Shown: positions 19,680 to 29,374 of the stretch, piece after piece | Layout of the letters: every line of letters starts with the position of its first letter | Numbering within the stretch: position 1 is the stretch's first letter | NCBI GenBank assembly: GCA_964291215.2 | Contig: OZ219791.1 | Location: forward strand, 2,720,001 to 2,784,000 | DNA length: 64,000 bases | Source of the DNA: Alphaproteobacteria bacterium | GTDB lineage: Bacteria > Pseudomonadota > Alphaproteobacteria > MPNO01 > UBA830 | Direction: 5' to 3' | The notes under the pieces: generated by a model | Told to the model about the DNA's origin: nothing | Seen by the model: the letters and a program-made list of their open reading frames with translations, nothing else | The model's database searches: none | Position numbers and translations under genes: made by a program

Positions 19680-20685
19680 GTGAGCCTTCCGGCGACGCCG
19701 CACGATGCGCTGTTCCGGGCGCTGGTCTCCGAGCCGGCCCGCGCCGCTTCGCTGCTCGCGGAATACCTGCCACCCGAGGTGGCAGCCCTCCTCGACCCCG
19801 AGGCCCCGCCCGAGGCGGTCGAGGGCAGCTTCGTCGACGAGAACGCCGCGCGGACCCAGTGCGACGCGCTCTTCCGGGTCAGGCTGAGGAGCGGCCACGA
19901 GGCGCGCCTCTATGTGTTGCTCGAACACAAGAGCCGCGTCGATGCTGACACGCCACTCCAGCTCCTGAAATACATGGTCAACATCTGGCGCCGCGAGATC
20001 GAGAATGGCGGTGCCGGGGACAGGTTGCCGACGATCATCCCGCTGGTCTTCTACCATGGCCGGGGCCGCTGGACGGCGCCGCTCTCGGTGCCGGGGATGA
20101 TAGACGCGCCCGGGGAGTTGGAGCCGTTCGTCAGGGAGTTTGCCTATGTGGTGCACGACCTTGGCGAGATTGCGCCAGACCGGCTGTCGGCCTCACCCGA
20201 GGTGCGTTCTGGCGCTCAGGGTCGTTCATGCCGAGGAGATACCGCCCGATCTTCTGGACGAGATGACGGGCGGGCCAGTTGCGGGGAGCGCGTTCGAGCG
20301 TCATATTGTGCGCTACATTGCCGAGCGCATGAACCTGACGCCGCCTTTGCTGGAGGCGTCGCTGCGCCGGACGAAGCCGGATCGCTGGGAGGCGCTGATG
20401 GGAACGGTCGCGCAAGCCTGGATCGAACAGGGAAGAGCTGAAGGAATCGAGAAGGGAATCGAGAAGGGAATCGAACGGGGCCGGAGCGAGGGCCGGGAGG
20501 AAGGTCGCGCGGAGGGCCAGGCTGGAATTGTTCTTCGTCTTCTGGAGTTGCGCTTCGGTGATGTGCCGGATGCGGTTCGCGAGCGGGTTCGCAACGCGTC
20601 GGCCGCCGAACTGGAGGCTTGGGCGGAGGCGGTGCTGATGGCTGCGAGCCTCGATGAGGTGCTGGCCGTCAAGCCCGGGCGCTGA
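19680..20685 (+). pseudogene. Rpn/YhgA-like PD-(D/E)XK nuclease, copy 1, frameshifted near 20205
   Basis: PHDALFR, GSFVD, DALF, YVLLEHKS and IPLVFYHG motifs. The C-terminus (EGIEKG repeats, RFG..P, LEAW) is in the +1 frame. Confidence 0.88.
20398..20685 (+). CDS. Putative internal RpnS (small C-terminal antitoxin-like product), copy 1
   Basis: GGGAGG RBS just upstream of ATG in MGTVAQAWIEQG. The ORF is intact. Confidence 0.6.
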   Translation: MGTVAQAWIEQGRAEGIEKGIEKGIERGRSEGREEGRAEGQAGIVLRLLELRFGDVPDAVRERVRNASAAELEAWAEAVLMAASLDEVLAVKPGR

Positions 20686-21299
20686 ACCGGCGCAGTATTG
20701 GCCGACCTTGCCTGAGAACCTTCCAGGCAAGGACGCCGTCCCCGGTCTCCGTCATGGATGCCGCCCCTCGCCGGCGCCGCGACACCACGCGGGAGGCCGA
20801 GCCCGCCGCGCGGGCGGTTTCTCGTTTTGGGCGGTCATGTTGCGATCTCCCGCATGGACTTCCCGGACCGGATGCCGGCCGGCGCGACCGCCCTCATCGC
20901 CGCCTCAACCCCTGTATGCCTGCCCGCCATGGCGCCCTCCCGGAATTGAGCGTTCCACTTGATGCCCGCTGTGCACCCGTTGGCTCGATCCGGCCAATTG
21001 CCGCCCGCGATGCGGGAAATCAGCCGAATGCGGCATGGAGTCCTTCCACTACCGCGCGCTATGCGCATCTGGCGCAAGGCCCGGTGCGCGGGTCCGCCGT
21101 CTGCGTCTCCGACAGCATTGCTGCCGATATCCTCGGGGACTACCGCCCGTCATGACGGCTCTGGCATATCCCCGCCACAGGCTCCGGCGATTGCGGAGCC
21201 GATGTTGCCCGGTGTAGGGTGCCGCCATGCCGCCCCTCTTCCAGTCCGTGAGCGGGCTGTCCTTCGGGAGCCTCCCGGAAACGCCGGGGAACCTTCCCG

Positions 21300-22281
21300 G
21301 TGAGCCTTCCGGCGACGCCGCACGATGCGTTGTTCCGCGCGCTGGTCTCCGAGCCGACCCGCGCCGCTTCGCTGCTCGCGCAATACCTGCCGCCGGAGGT
21401 GGCCGCCCTCCTCGACCCCGAGGCCCCGCCCGAGGCGGTTGAGGGCAGTTTCGTCGACGAGGACGCCGCGCGGACCCAGTGCGACGCGCTCTTCCGGGTC
21501 AGGCTGAGGAGCGGCCACGAGGCGCGCCTCTATGTGCTGCTCGAACACAAGAGCCGCGTCGACGCCGACACGCCACTCCAGCTCCTGAAATACATGGTCA
21601 ACATCTGGCGTCGCGAGATCGAGAATGGCAGCGCCGGGGACAGGCTGCCGGCGATCATCCCGCTGGTCTTCTACCACGGCCGGGGCCGCTGGACGGCGGC
21701 GCGTTCGGTGCCGGGGATGATTGATGCGCCCGAAGAGTTGGAGCCGTTCGTCAGGGAGTTTGCCTATGTGGTGCACGACCTTGGCGAGATTGCGCCAGAC
21801 CGGCTGTCGGCCTCGCCCGAGGTGCGTTCTGGCGCTCAGGGTCGTTCATGCCGAGGAGATACCGCCCGATCTTCTGGATGAGATGACGGGCGGGCCGGTT
21901 GCGGGGAGCGCGTTCGAGCGTCATATTGTGCGCTACATTGCCGAGCGCATGAACCTGATGCCGCCTTTGCTGGAGGCGTCGCTGCGCCGGACGAAGCCGG
22001 ATCGCCGGGAGGCGCTGATGGGCACGGTCGCGCAAGCCTGGATCGAACAGGGAAGAGCCGAGGGAATCGAGAAGGGAATCGAACAGGGGATCGAACGAGG
22101 TCGGAGCGAGGGCGAAGCCGGAATCGTTCTTCGTCTCCTGGAACTGCGCTTCGGGGCTGTGCCGGATGCGGTCCGCGAGCGGGTCTGTCGTGCGTTACCA
22201 ACCGAACTGGAGGCTTGGGCGGAGGCGGTGTTGGTGGCTGCGAGTCTTGATGAGGTGTTGGCCGCCAGACCCGGGCGCTGA
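21300..22281 (+). pseudogene. Rpn/YhgA-like PD-(D/E)XK nuclease, copy 2, same frameshift near 21825
   Basis: Same motifs as copy 1 and the identical GTGCGTTCTGGCGCTCAGG junction. Confidence 0.88.
22018..22281 (+). CDS. Putative internal RpnS, copy 2
   Basis: Same RBS and ATG arrangement as copy 1, with a shorter EG-repeat tract and a diverged C-terminus. Confidence 0.6.
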   Translation: MGTVAQAWIEQGRAEGIEKGIEQGIERGRSEGEAGIVLRLLELRFGAVPDAVRERVCRALPTELEAWAEAVLVAASLDEVLAARPGR

Positions 22282-22555
22282 ACCGGCGCAGCATTGGCCG
22301 ACCTTGCCTGAGAACCTTCCAGGCAAGGACGCTGTCCCCGGTCTTCGTCACGGAGGCCGCCCCTTGCCGACACCGGGACGGAGGCCGAGCCCGCCGCGCG
22401 GGCGGTTTCGTTTCCGGCGGTCATGTTGCGATCTCCCGCATGGACTCCCCGGACCGGATGCCGGCCAGCGCGACCGCCCTCATCGCCGTGTCAACTGCTG
22501 TATACCTGCCCGCCATGATGCCCTCCCGGAATCGAGCGTTCCACTTGATTCCCAC

Positions 22556-23012
22556 TAAGGCAGCTGTTGGCGAAGACTGCGACTTGGCGAGCGGCACGAT
22601 CTATGTGCTGCGCAGCAAGTCCAATGATCCTGTTATCGCGCAGCATCGCGACGTGTTGCACAAGATCGGGGTGACGGGCGGCGACGTGAAAACGCGGATC
22701 GCCAATGCCAAGCTCGACCCGACCTTCCTGCTGGCCGATGTGGAGATCATCGCCACCTACAAGCTAGCCAATATCAACCGGACGAAGCTCGAAAACCTCA
22801 TCCATCGCGTCTTCGACCCGGCACGGCTCGACATCGAGATCAAGGATCGTTTCGGAAATCCTGTGATCCCGCGCGAATGGTTCCTTGTCCCGCTGTTCGT
22901 CATCGACGAGGCGGTCGAGCGGATCAAGAACGGCGCGATCACTGAGTACAGTTACGATCCGGCAGCGGCACGCTTGGCTCGTCATGAGGGAAGGACGAAG
23001 GCACAGCCATGA
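22556..23012 (+). pseudogene. C-terminal T5orf172/GIY-YIG-like nuclease domain (YeeC-like), 5'-truncated
   Basis: SGTIYVLRS..LHKIGVT..RIANA..PTFLLADV..LE.LIHR.F..PREWF. Its 5' end is replaced by the third repeat unit. Confidence 0.75.
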
Positions 23013-23073
23013 CAACGATGCGGGGGGACATCGCAGACCATTTTTTTGTCGGGCCTGTGGATTGCTGATGTGA

Positions 23074-24632
23074 CAGGGACCTGGCATGGCACCCCGGGTT
23101 CACTGTGGGTCGGTTTCAGTGGCTGGTGCATCAGGGCTCACGGGCACGCTTTTTCGAGTGTTCGAGCAGAGCTGTCCTGTTGCGCTGGCGCGTTCCCGGC
23201 TTATGGCGCGGGGTCAGGAGCGAAGGTTTATCTGCGGGATGAGGATGGCGTCGAGCGCGTCCCGGGCGCGGGCGGCGTAGTGCCGGTTGGCCTCGGACAT
23301 ATGGTTGAAGTGTCCACCGCAGCGCACGATGGCGGCTTTTGTCAAGAGGTTGCGCGGCGCACCCTGCAGCGATCTTCGTCGCAGGTGAAATCGCGTACGT
23401 AGTGGAGTCGATTTTCCATGACCCGCGCGCCAGAAGCATCTCGGGGCGTTCGGGGCCGAGCGAGGTGAGGCACCAGGTGATCTCGACACTGCTCTCTTTG
23501 GTCTTGCAGATCTCGCGCTCGATGCGCCCTTGTCGAGGGTTTCGAACGAGCCCTCGAAGTCGATGGCCTTGAGGTCGTCGAGCATGGTTTCCTGGTTATT
23601 CTTGATCGCCGTGACGACATGCGGCGCTCGAGAAGCCGCCGCTCGTGCTGAGCGTGCATCGCGTCCATGGTGACGATGCGGCTGGCGACGTTGATGCTGC
23701 TGGCGAGGGGGATCTCGTTACTCTTCGCGTCGACCTCGACCTGGCCGAGAACCATCCGTGCTCGACCGCTACGACCCGCCGGGCGTTCTCGGTTGGAGGC
23801 ACCGCGGATGTCCTTGCCGTCGTGTCTGCTGCCGGGCCGTCTACAGGGCAGGGTCTCGGGCGGCAGGTCAGCGAGGATGGTGTGGAAGGTGTGGGTGCGG
23901 TGTAGCGCTTCGGGCTGAAGAACGAGTTCACCGCCGCAAGCTGTTCCTGGAGGGCGGCGAATGCGGTCACGCCGCGGTAGCCGGCGAGCCGCGAGAATGG
24001 TTCTCAGCGGATAGCGCTTGCGGCACACCTCGCCCAGGCACAGGCTGCGCAGCCGAGGCCCGGCACGGGCGTGCTGCGCTCTCCGGGATCGCGTCCCGGC
24101 GGCCCCAGTTCGTACATGAAGATCTCCTGGCCGTGGTGACGGAAGCGCGCGGAGCCGCTCGCGACCGAGCGTCAAGCGAGCGCCAGTTCGCCGCGCGATA
24201 GCAGGTTCCGGCGAAGCGCTCGACGACCGTCTCCGCGAGGAACGCGCGGCCTCGATGTCCAGCCGTCGAAGGCACGCCAGGTTCGGCATCCCCCCAACGA
24301 ACCGGGAATTGTTCGCGACCAGATGCAGGCACTGCTGCTCCGCAGCGATCCAGCGGTGCAGCAAGCTTGAACGCGCCGCCAGCCGACCACCCAGGTCTCG
24401 CCGTGCAGGGCGACATGGCGCAGACCCTTGATGCCGTGAAACCGCAGGTAGTGATGCTCCTTCACCAGACGGTCCCGGAGCTCACCTGCGCCACGGGCGC
24501 ACCGTCACCTCGCGAAGGAGGGAATCCGGGGTCGCAAGCGTCGCCACGCCGGCACACTGCCACAGCGAAAACGGAATGCCCGGACCAAAATCAGCATGCG
24601 CCGATCGTTGGGACGACAACAGAATAGCCCTG
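23074..24632 (-). mobile_element. Degraded DUF4338-ISAs1 element (copy 3)
   Basis: HHYLRF, FLAETV..FAGTCYRAANW, DGKDIRG, QVEVDAKSNEIP, TMDAMHAQ and ENRLHYVRDFTCDEDRCR. Bounded by CAGGG...CCCTG ends; no TSD seen. Confidence 0.8.
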
Positions 24633-24707
24633 CGCTCCGGTCCGCCTTGCTTGAACTGCCCGGTCTTAGCTGATATCCATCGGCGGAGCGGGATATTGGG
24701 ATGGTCG

Positions 24708-27455
24708 ATGCCGGGCAGGATCAAGGACAGGACGAAGGTTCCAGTCTACTGTTACCAATGCGTGGCAGGGCCCGACCTCATGCGTGTCGAGGTCGAGGAT
24801 GGCGTTGCGACGCGCGTCGAATCCAATTACAGCATCACCGGCGACCATCCGGGCGGAGGCCGCGTCTGCGTCAAGGCCTACGGCCTGATCCAGAAGACCT
24901 ACAACCCGAACCGCGTTCGTTCGCCGATGAAGCGGACCAACCCGAAGAAGGGGCGCGGCGAGGATCCGGGTTTTGTCCCGATTTCCTGGGACGAGGCGCT
25001 CGATACGGTCGCCGGGCGGATGCGCGAGATGCGCGCCCGAGGCCTCAATGACGAGAACGGGTTTCCGCGCCTCGCCGTGTCCTTCGGCGGCGGCGGCACG
25101 CCGACCCAGTACATGGGGACGTTTCCGGCCTTCCTGTCGGCCTGGGGCGATGTCGATCTCGGATTCGGCGGCGGCCAGGGCGTGAAATGCTACCATTCGG
25201 AGCATCTCTACGGCGAGCTTTGGCACCGCGCCTTCATCGTTTCTCCCGACACGCCGTACTGCAACTACGTCATCAACTGTGGCAACAACGTCGAGGCCTC
25301 GGGCGGCGTCGCCGGCGTCTGGCGGCAGGCGGACGCGCGCGTGCGCGGACTGAAGCGGGTGCAGGTCGAGCCGCACCTGTCGATCACCGGCGCGCTGTCG
25401 GCCGAATGGATACCGATCAAGCCCAAGACCGACGCCGCCTTCCTCTATGCGCTCGTCCACCGCATGATCTGCGAGCGCGACTGGCGCGAGACCTGTGATG
25501 TCGAGGCGCTGAAGGAGATCACGACATCGCCCTATCTCGTCGGGCCCAACGGTTATTATCTGCGCGACCCGGAGACGCGGAGGCCGCTAATCTGGGACGC
25601 CGCCGTCGGCGATGCCCGGACTTGGGATTCGGAGATCTCGGACGCCGCGCTCGACGGCGCGTATGCGGTGACCGGAATCGAGGACGGCTCCGACGGGCAG
25701 GTCTGGACGCATTCGAACGTGGAAGCGCGGCCGGCCTTCAGTCTCCTGCTCGACCATATGGCCGGATTCACCCCGGAATGGGCAGAGGCCGAGTGCGACG
25801 TACCGGCCGATCGGATCCGCCGCGTGGCTGACGAATATGTCGCCCATGCCCGTATCGGCGAGACCTGCGAGATCGAGGGTGTCGAGATGCCGTTCCGGCC
25901 GGTTGCGGTCATGCTGGGCAAGGGCGTTAACAACGGCTGGGGCGGATACCAGACCTGCTGGGCGCGGACCTTGCTTGCCACCCTGGTCGGGGCACTCGAG
26001 GTGCCTGGCGGCACCCTCGGCACGGCGGTCAAGCTCAACCGGCCCGCCTACTCGCGGCTCAAGACGGTGCGCGGGACCGATGACGGAATCATGGACTACC
26101 CCTTCAATCCCACCAGCCACGAGGAATGGCTGGCCGCGCCGCATATCCGCAACGGTTATCGGACCCTGGTTCCGCTGGCCGCCAACTCCGCCTGGTCGCC
26201 GGCGCTCGGCCCGGCCCATCTGCCGTGGCTCTTCCAGAAGAAAAATCCCGACAACTGGCCGACCCAGTCCAAGCCGGAGATGTGGATCAACTACCGCACG
26301 AACCCCGCGATCTCGTCGTGGAACGCACCCGAGGTGGCGGAGCGGATCGCGGAGTTTCCCTTCACGGTTTCGTTCGCCTACACGCGCGACGAGACCAACC
26401 ACATGGCCGACATCCTGCTGCCCGACTGCACCGATCTCGAGAGCCTCCAGCTCATCCAGATCGGGTCGACGAAATTCACCGAGCAGTACTGGAAGCATCA
26501 GGGCTGGGCGATCCGCCAGCCCGTGGTCGAGCCGCAGGTCGACGCGCGCGATCTCACCGATATCGCGACCGCGCTTGCCGAACGCACCGGGCTTCTCGAA
26601 CCCTACAACGAGGCGATTAACCGCGGCGCCGCCGGCGCGCGGCTGCGCGCAGATGGTGCCTACGACTACGCTGTAGATCCTGCCGTGGCGCACCCGTGCG
26701 AGGCGATATGGGACGCCGTCTGCAAGGCGGCAAGCCACGGCCTTACGGACGGCGAGGAGGTGCGCGACCTCGGCTGGTTCCGTGAAAACGGCTTTCTGCT
26801 TCGACCATTCCCGCAGCTTGAGTGGTACCTCTATCCCGTGCTCAGGGAGAAGAAGCTCCGCTTCGAGATGCCGTACCAGGAACGCATCCTGCGCCACGGC
26901 GCCCAGCTTGCCAACCGCCTGCACGAGAGCGGCATCGAATGGTGGGATGCGCAACTTGAGGAATACGAGCCGCTGCCCGGTTACAGGCGGTTTCCGGAGA
27001 TCTGGGCCGACCATGTCAGGGAGTCCGGGCACGATCCGGATGATTACCCGTTCTTCGCCCTCACCGCGCGGTCCATGCAGTATTCTTGGGGAGCGAACGT
27101 CGGCATACCGCTGATCAACGAGGTTGCCGGCAACATCGCCGGCCACAAGGGCGTCATCATCAATCGCACCCGCGCGCGCGCGCTGGGCATCGCCGAGGGC
27201 GATCCGGTGGAGATCGAATCCGTGACCGGGATCACGCGGGGCCATGCTGTGCTGCGCGAGGGAATCCGGCCCGACACGGTCCTGATGATCGGACAGTTCG
27301 ATCACTGGGCGACGCCGTACGCGAAGGATCTGAATCTCCCGAGCCTCAACTCGGTGACTTCGCTGTCGCTGTCGCTGACCGATGCAACGGGATCGAGCGC
27401 CGATCTTGCGCGGGTCAGGATCCGCAAGGTCCCTGGCGAGAGACACGCGGCATGA
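24708..27455 (+). CDS. DMSO-reductase-family molybdopterin oxidoreductase, PadB-like (phenylacetyl-CoA:acceptor oxidoreductase large subunit)
   Basis: YCYQCVAGPD..VCVKAYGLIQKTYNPNR..PMKRTNPKKGR.EDPGFVPISWDEAL N-terminus and a C-terminal molybdopterin dinucleotide-binding domain. No Tat signal visible. Confidence 0.85.
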   Translation: MPGRIKDRTKVPVYCYQCVAGPDLMRVEVEDGVATRVESNYSITGDHPGGGRVCVKAYGLIQKTYNPNRVRSPMKRTNPKKGRGEDPGFVPISWDEALDTVAGRMREMRARGLNDENGFPRLAVSFGGGGTPTQYMGTFPAFLSAWGDVDLGFGGGQGVKCYHSEHLYGELWHRAFIVSPDTPYCNYVINCGNNVEASGGVAGVWRQADARVRGLKRVQVEPHLSITGALSAEWIPIKPKTDAAFLYALVHRMICERDWRETCDVEALKEITTSPYLVGPNGYYLRDPETRRPLIWDAAVGDARTWDSEISDAALDGAYAVTGIEDGSDGQVWTHSNVEARPAFSLLLDHMAGFTPEWAEAECDVPADRIRRVADEYVAHARIGETCEIEGVEMPFRPVAVMLGKGVNNGWGGYQTCWARTLLATLVGALEVPGGTLGTAVKLNRPAYSRLKTVRGTDDGIMDYPFNPTSHEEWLAAPHIRNGYRTLVPLAANSAWSPALGPAHLPWLFQKKNPDNWPTQSKPEMWINYRTNPAISSWNAPEVAERIAEFPFTVSFAYTRDETNHMADILLPDCTDLESLQLIQIGSTKFTEQYWKHQGWAIRQPVVEPQVDARDLTDIATALAERTGLLEPYNEAINRGAAGARLRADGAYDYAVDPAVAHPCEAIWDAVCKAASHGLTDGEEVRDLGWFRENGFLLRPFPQLEWYLYPVLREKKLRFEMPYQERILRHGAQLANRLHESGIEWWDAQLEEYEPLPGYRRFPEIWADHVRESGHDPDDYPFFALTARSMQYSWGANVGIPLINEVAGNIAGHKGVIINRTRARALGIAEGDPVEIESVTGITRGHAVLREGIRPDTVLMIGQFDHWATPYAKDLNLPSLNSVTSLSLSLTDATGSSADLARVRIRKVPGERHAA

Positions 27456-27482
27456 TCCGGCACGGCCCGGCGGCGGTTCGCG

Positions 27483-29120
27483 GTGTCTGAGGGAAGCGCA
27501 GCGGTGGAAGGGCGCGGCGTTGAGGAATCCGCGCTGGACCCCCGGTGGGGCATGGTGGTTGACCTTAACCGGTGCGTCGGCTGCCAGACCTGCACGATAG
27601 CCTGCAAGCATGCGAACGACACGCCGCCGGGGGTGCAGTGGCGGCGGGTGCTCGATGTCGAGTGCGGCACGTTTCCCGATGTCGAACGGCTGTTCATGGT
27701 GGTCGGCTGCCAGCACTGCGCCGAGCCGCCCTGTGTGCCCGTCTGCCCCACCGGCGCGACCCGTCAGCGCACCGACGGGCTCGTGACCATGGACTATGAC
27801 ACCTGCATCGGCTGCGCGTACTGTGCCGTCGCCTGCCCCTACCAGGCGCGCACCATTACCCATGACCGGGAGTGGTTCTACGGTGAGAAGACGGTTCAGG
27901 AGGAACACGTTTATCACGACGAGCGCGTCGGCGTCGCGACCAAGTGCACCTTCTGCGTCGAGCGTCTCGACGAGGCGCGCGAGGAGGGCAAGGTGCCGGG
28001 CGTTGATCTGGAATACACCCCGGCCTGTTCCTCGGCCTGCATCGCCCAAGCGATACACTTCGGGGATTTCAACGACCCCGGAAGCAATGTTTCGCTGCTT
28101 GCGTCGGAGAACAGTTCCTTCCAGATGCACGAGGAGCTCGGGACTGACCCACAAATCAGGTATCTATACGAGGTGCCCAACAGCATGCCTGGCCGCGAAC
28201 CGGACGACGCCGACGACGCGGCGCTCAGCAATCCCGGCAATGCGCTGGCCGGCCAGCGCCAGGAGTTCTGGGACTGGCGAGCGGCGATGAATTTCACGCT
28301 GGGGGGGATGTCGAGCGGCCTCGCGGTCATCGCGACAGCGGCGCATTTCCATGCCGGCTTGGCCGGCGCGGTGCTGGTCTGGCTCTACGTCGTGGCTGCC
28401 GCGATCATGGCGGCGGGCCTGTTCTGCGTGTTTCTCGAGATCGGCCGCAAGTTCCGCTTTCTCCGGGTTCTCATGCGTCCGCAGACGTCTTGGATGACGC
28501 GCGAGACCTACGCTGTCGCGGTCTTCTATCCGGCGGTGGCAGCCGACTGGTTGTGGCCGCACCCGGTCCTTCATCTGGCAGTGGGACTCTCCGCCCTCGT
28601 GTTTCTCTATTGCCAGGCACGCATCCTGTATGCGGCACGCGGCATTCCGGCCTGGCGGGCCGGGCTGATGCCGACGATGCTGATTATGACCGGCATTTTT
28701 GAGGGTGCAGGCCTGCTCGCGGCTGCGTCGGCCGCGTTTCCGGCAGTGGTGAAGCTGTCGGCGCCGTCTCTCGCCATCTGCGGCATCGTCCTCGCTGTCC
28801 TCAACGCTGTTCTGTGGCAACGCTATGTTGCTGATGCGGAGCGCAGCGGCATTCCGCCGCTTTCGCGCGCTGAACTGCGGCGGATCACTCCGGCGATGCG
28901 CGTTGTCGGCCATCTGGCACCGCTCGTCCTGTTCGCATTCTGGATTCCGGCCGCCAGCCCGGCCGTTCTTCTGGGTGCCGGGATATGCGCCATCGCTGGC
29001 GGCGTGCTCTGGAAATTCGTGGTGATCACCCGCGCCTGCCATCAGCAGGGCTTCGCGTTGCCGAAGATGCCGCGTCGCGGTTCCGGCCAGCGGGCAGCGC
29101 CGGCGCGGATGGGCCTGTAG
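27483..29120 (+). CDS. Fused 4Fe-4S subunit plus DmsC-type membrane anchor (PadC-PadD-like)
   Basis: CVGCQTC..C, CQHC..PPCV.VCP, CIGCAYC..ACP and KCTFC..PAC..C motifs, then WDWRAAMNFTLGG, LEIGR, PQTSWMTRE and many TM helices in one ORF. Confidence 0.88.
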   Translation: MSEGSAAVEGRGVEESALDPRWGMVVDLNRCVGCQTCTIACKHANDTPPGVQWRRVLDVECGTFPDVERLFMVVGCQHCAEPPCVPVCPTGATRQRTDGLVTMDYDTCIGCAYCAVACPYQARTITHDREWFYGEKTVQEEHVYHDERVGVATKCTFCVERLDEAREEGKVPGVDLEYTPACSSACIAQAIHFGDFNDPGSNVSLLASENSSFQMHEELGTDPQIRYLYEVPNSMPGREPDDADDAALSNPGNALAGQRQEFWDWRAAMNFTLGGMSSGLAVIATAAHFHAGLAGAVLVWLYVVAAAIMAAGLFCVFLEIGRKFRFLRVLMRPQTSWMTRETYAVAVFYPAVAADWLWPHPVLHLAVGLSALVFLYCQARILYAARGIPAWRAGLMPTMLIMTGIFEGAGLLAAASAAFPAVVKLSAPSLAICGIVLAVLNAVLWQRYVADAERSGIPPLSRAELRRITPAMRVVGHLAPLVLFAFWIPAASPAVLLGAGICAIAGGVLWKFVVITRACHQQGFALPKMPRRGSGQRAAPARMGL

Positions 29121-29374
29121 ACGGGGCTCCGCGACTTCCAACCCCGACCGGTGCGGGCGCTTCCCGTTTCACCTTTGAGGCGACCGATACCGCGCCTCAC
29201 CTATCGACATGGTTCGTAGCGCTGCTCCGGCTTGCCTGACGGATCGCGGTTCCGCCTGATACCAAGGATCCGAGCCTTTGGGCTTCAACGCCGTGATGGC
29301 GCTGCTTTGCGTTCTCCAGTCCCGAAGACAGGATTCATGGGACCAGTCGATAAACCGAATGCGAAATTTCTTAA

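Larger units (their letters stand above)
19082..22555 (+). repeat. Tandem array of about 1.6-kb units (19082-20703, 20704-22299) plus a partial third unit
   Basis: Each unit begins GACCTTGCCTGAGAACCTTCCAGGCAAGGACGC, which contains a 9-bp stem hairpin. Units 1 and 2 are near-identical over the leader and rpn gene. Confidence 0.92.

Noticed and set aside
20435-20520. GAAGGAATCGAGAAGGGAATC-type short tandem repeats
   Set aside because: These are the ordinary EGIEKG coding repeats of Rpn C-termini.
19082-22330. Thrice-repeated palindromic sequence of about 33 bp as a possible CRISPR repeat
   Set aside because: The spacing is about 1.6 kb with gene-sized, homologous interiors, and there are no cas genes.
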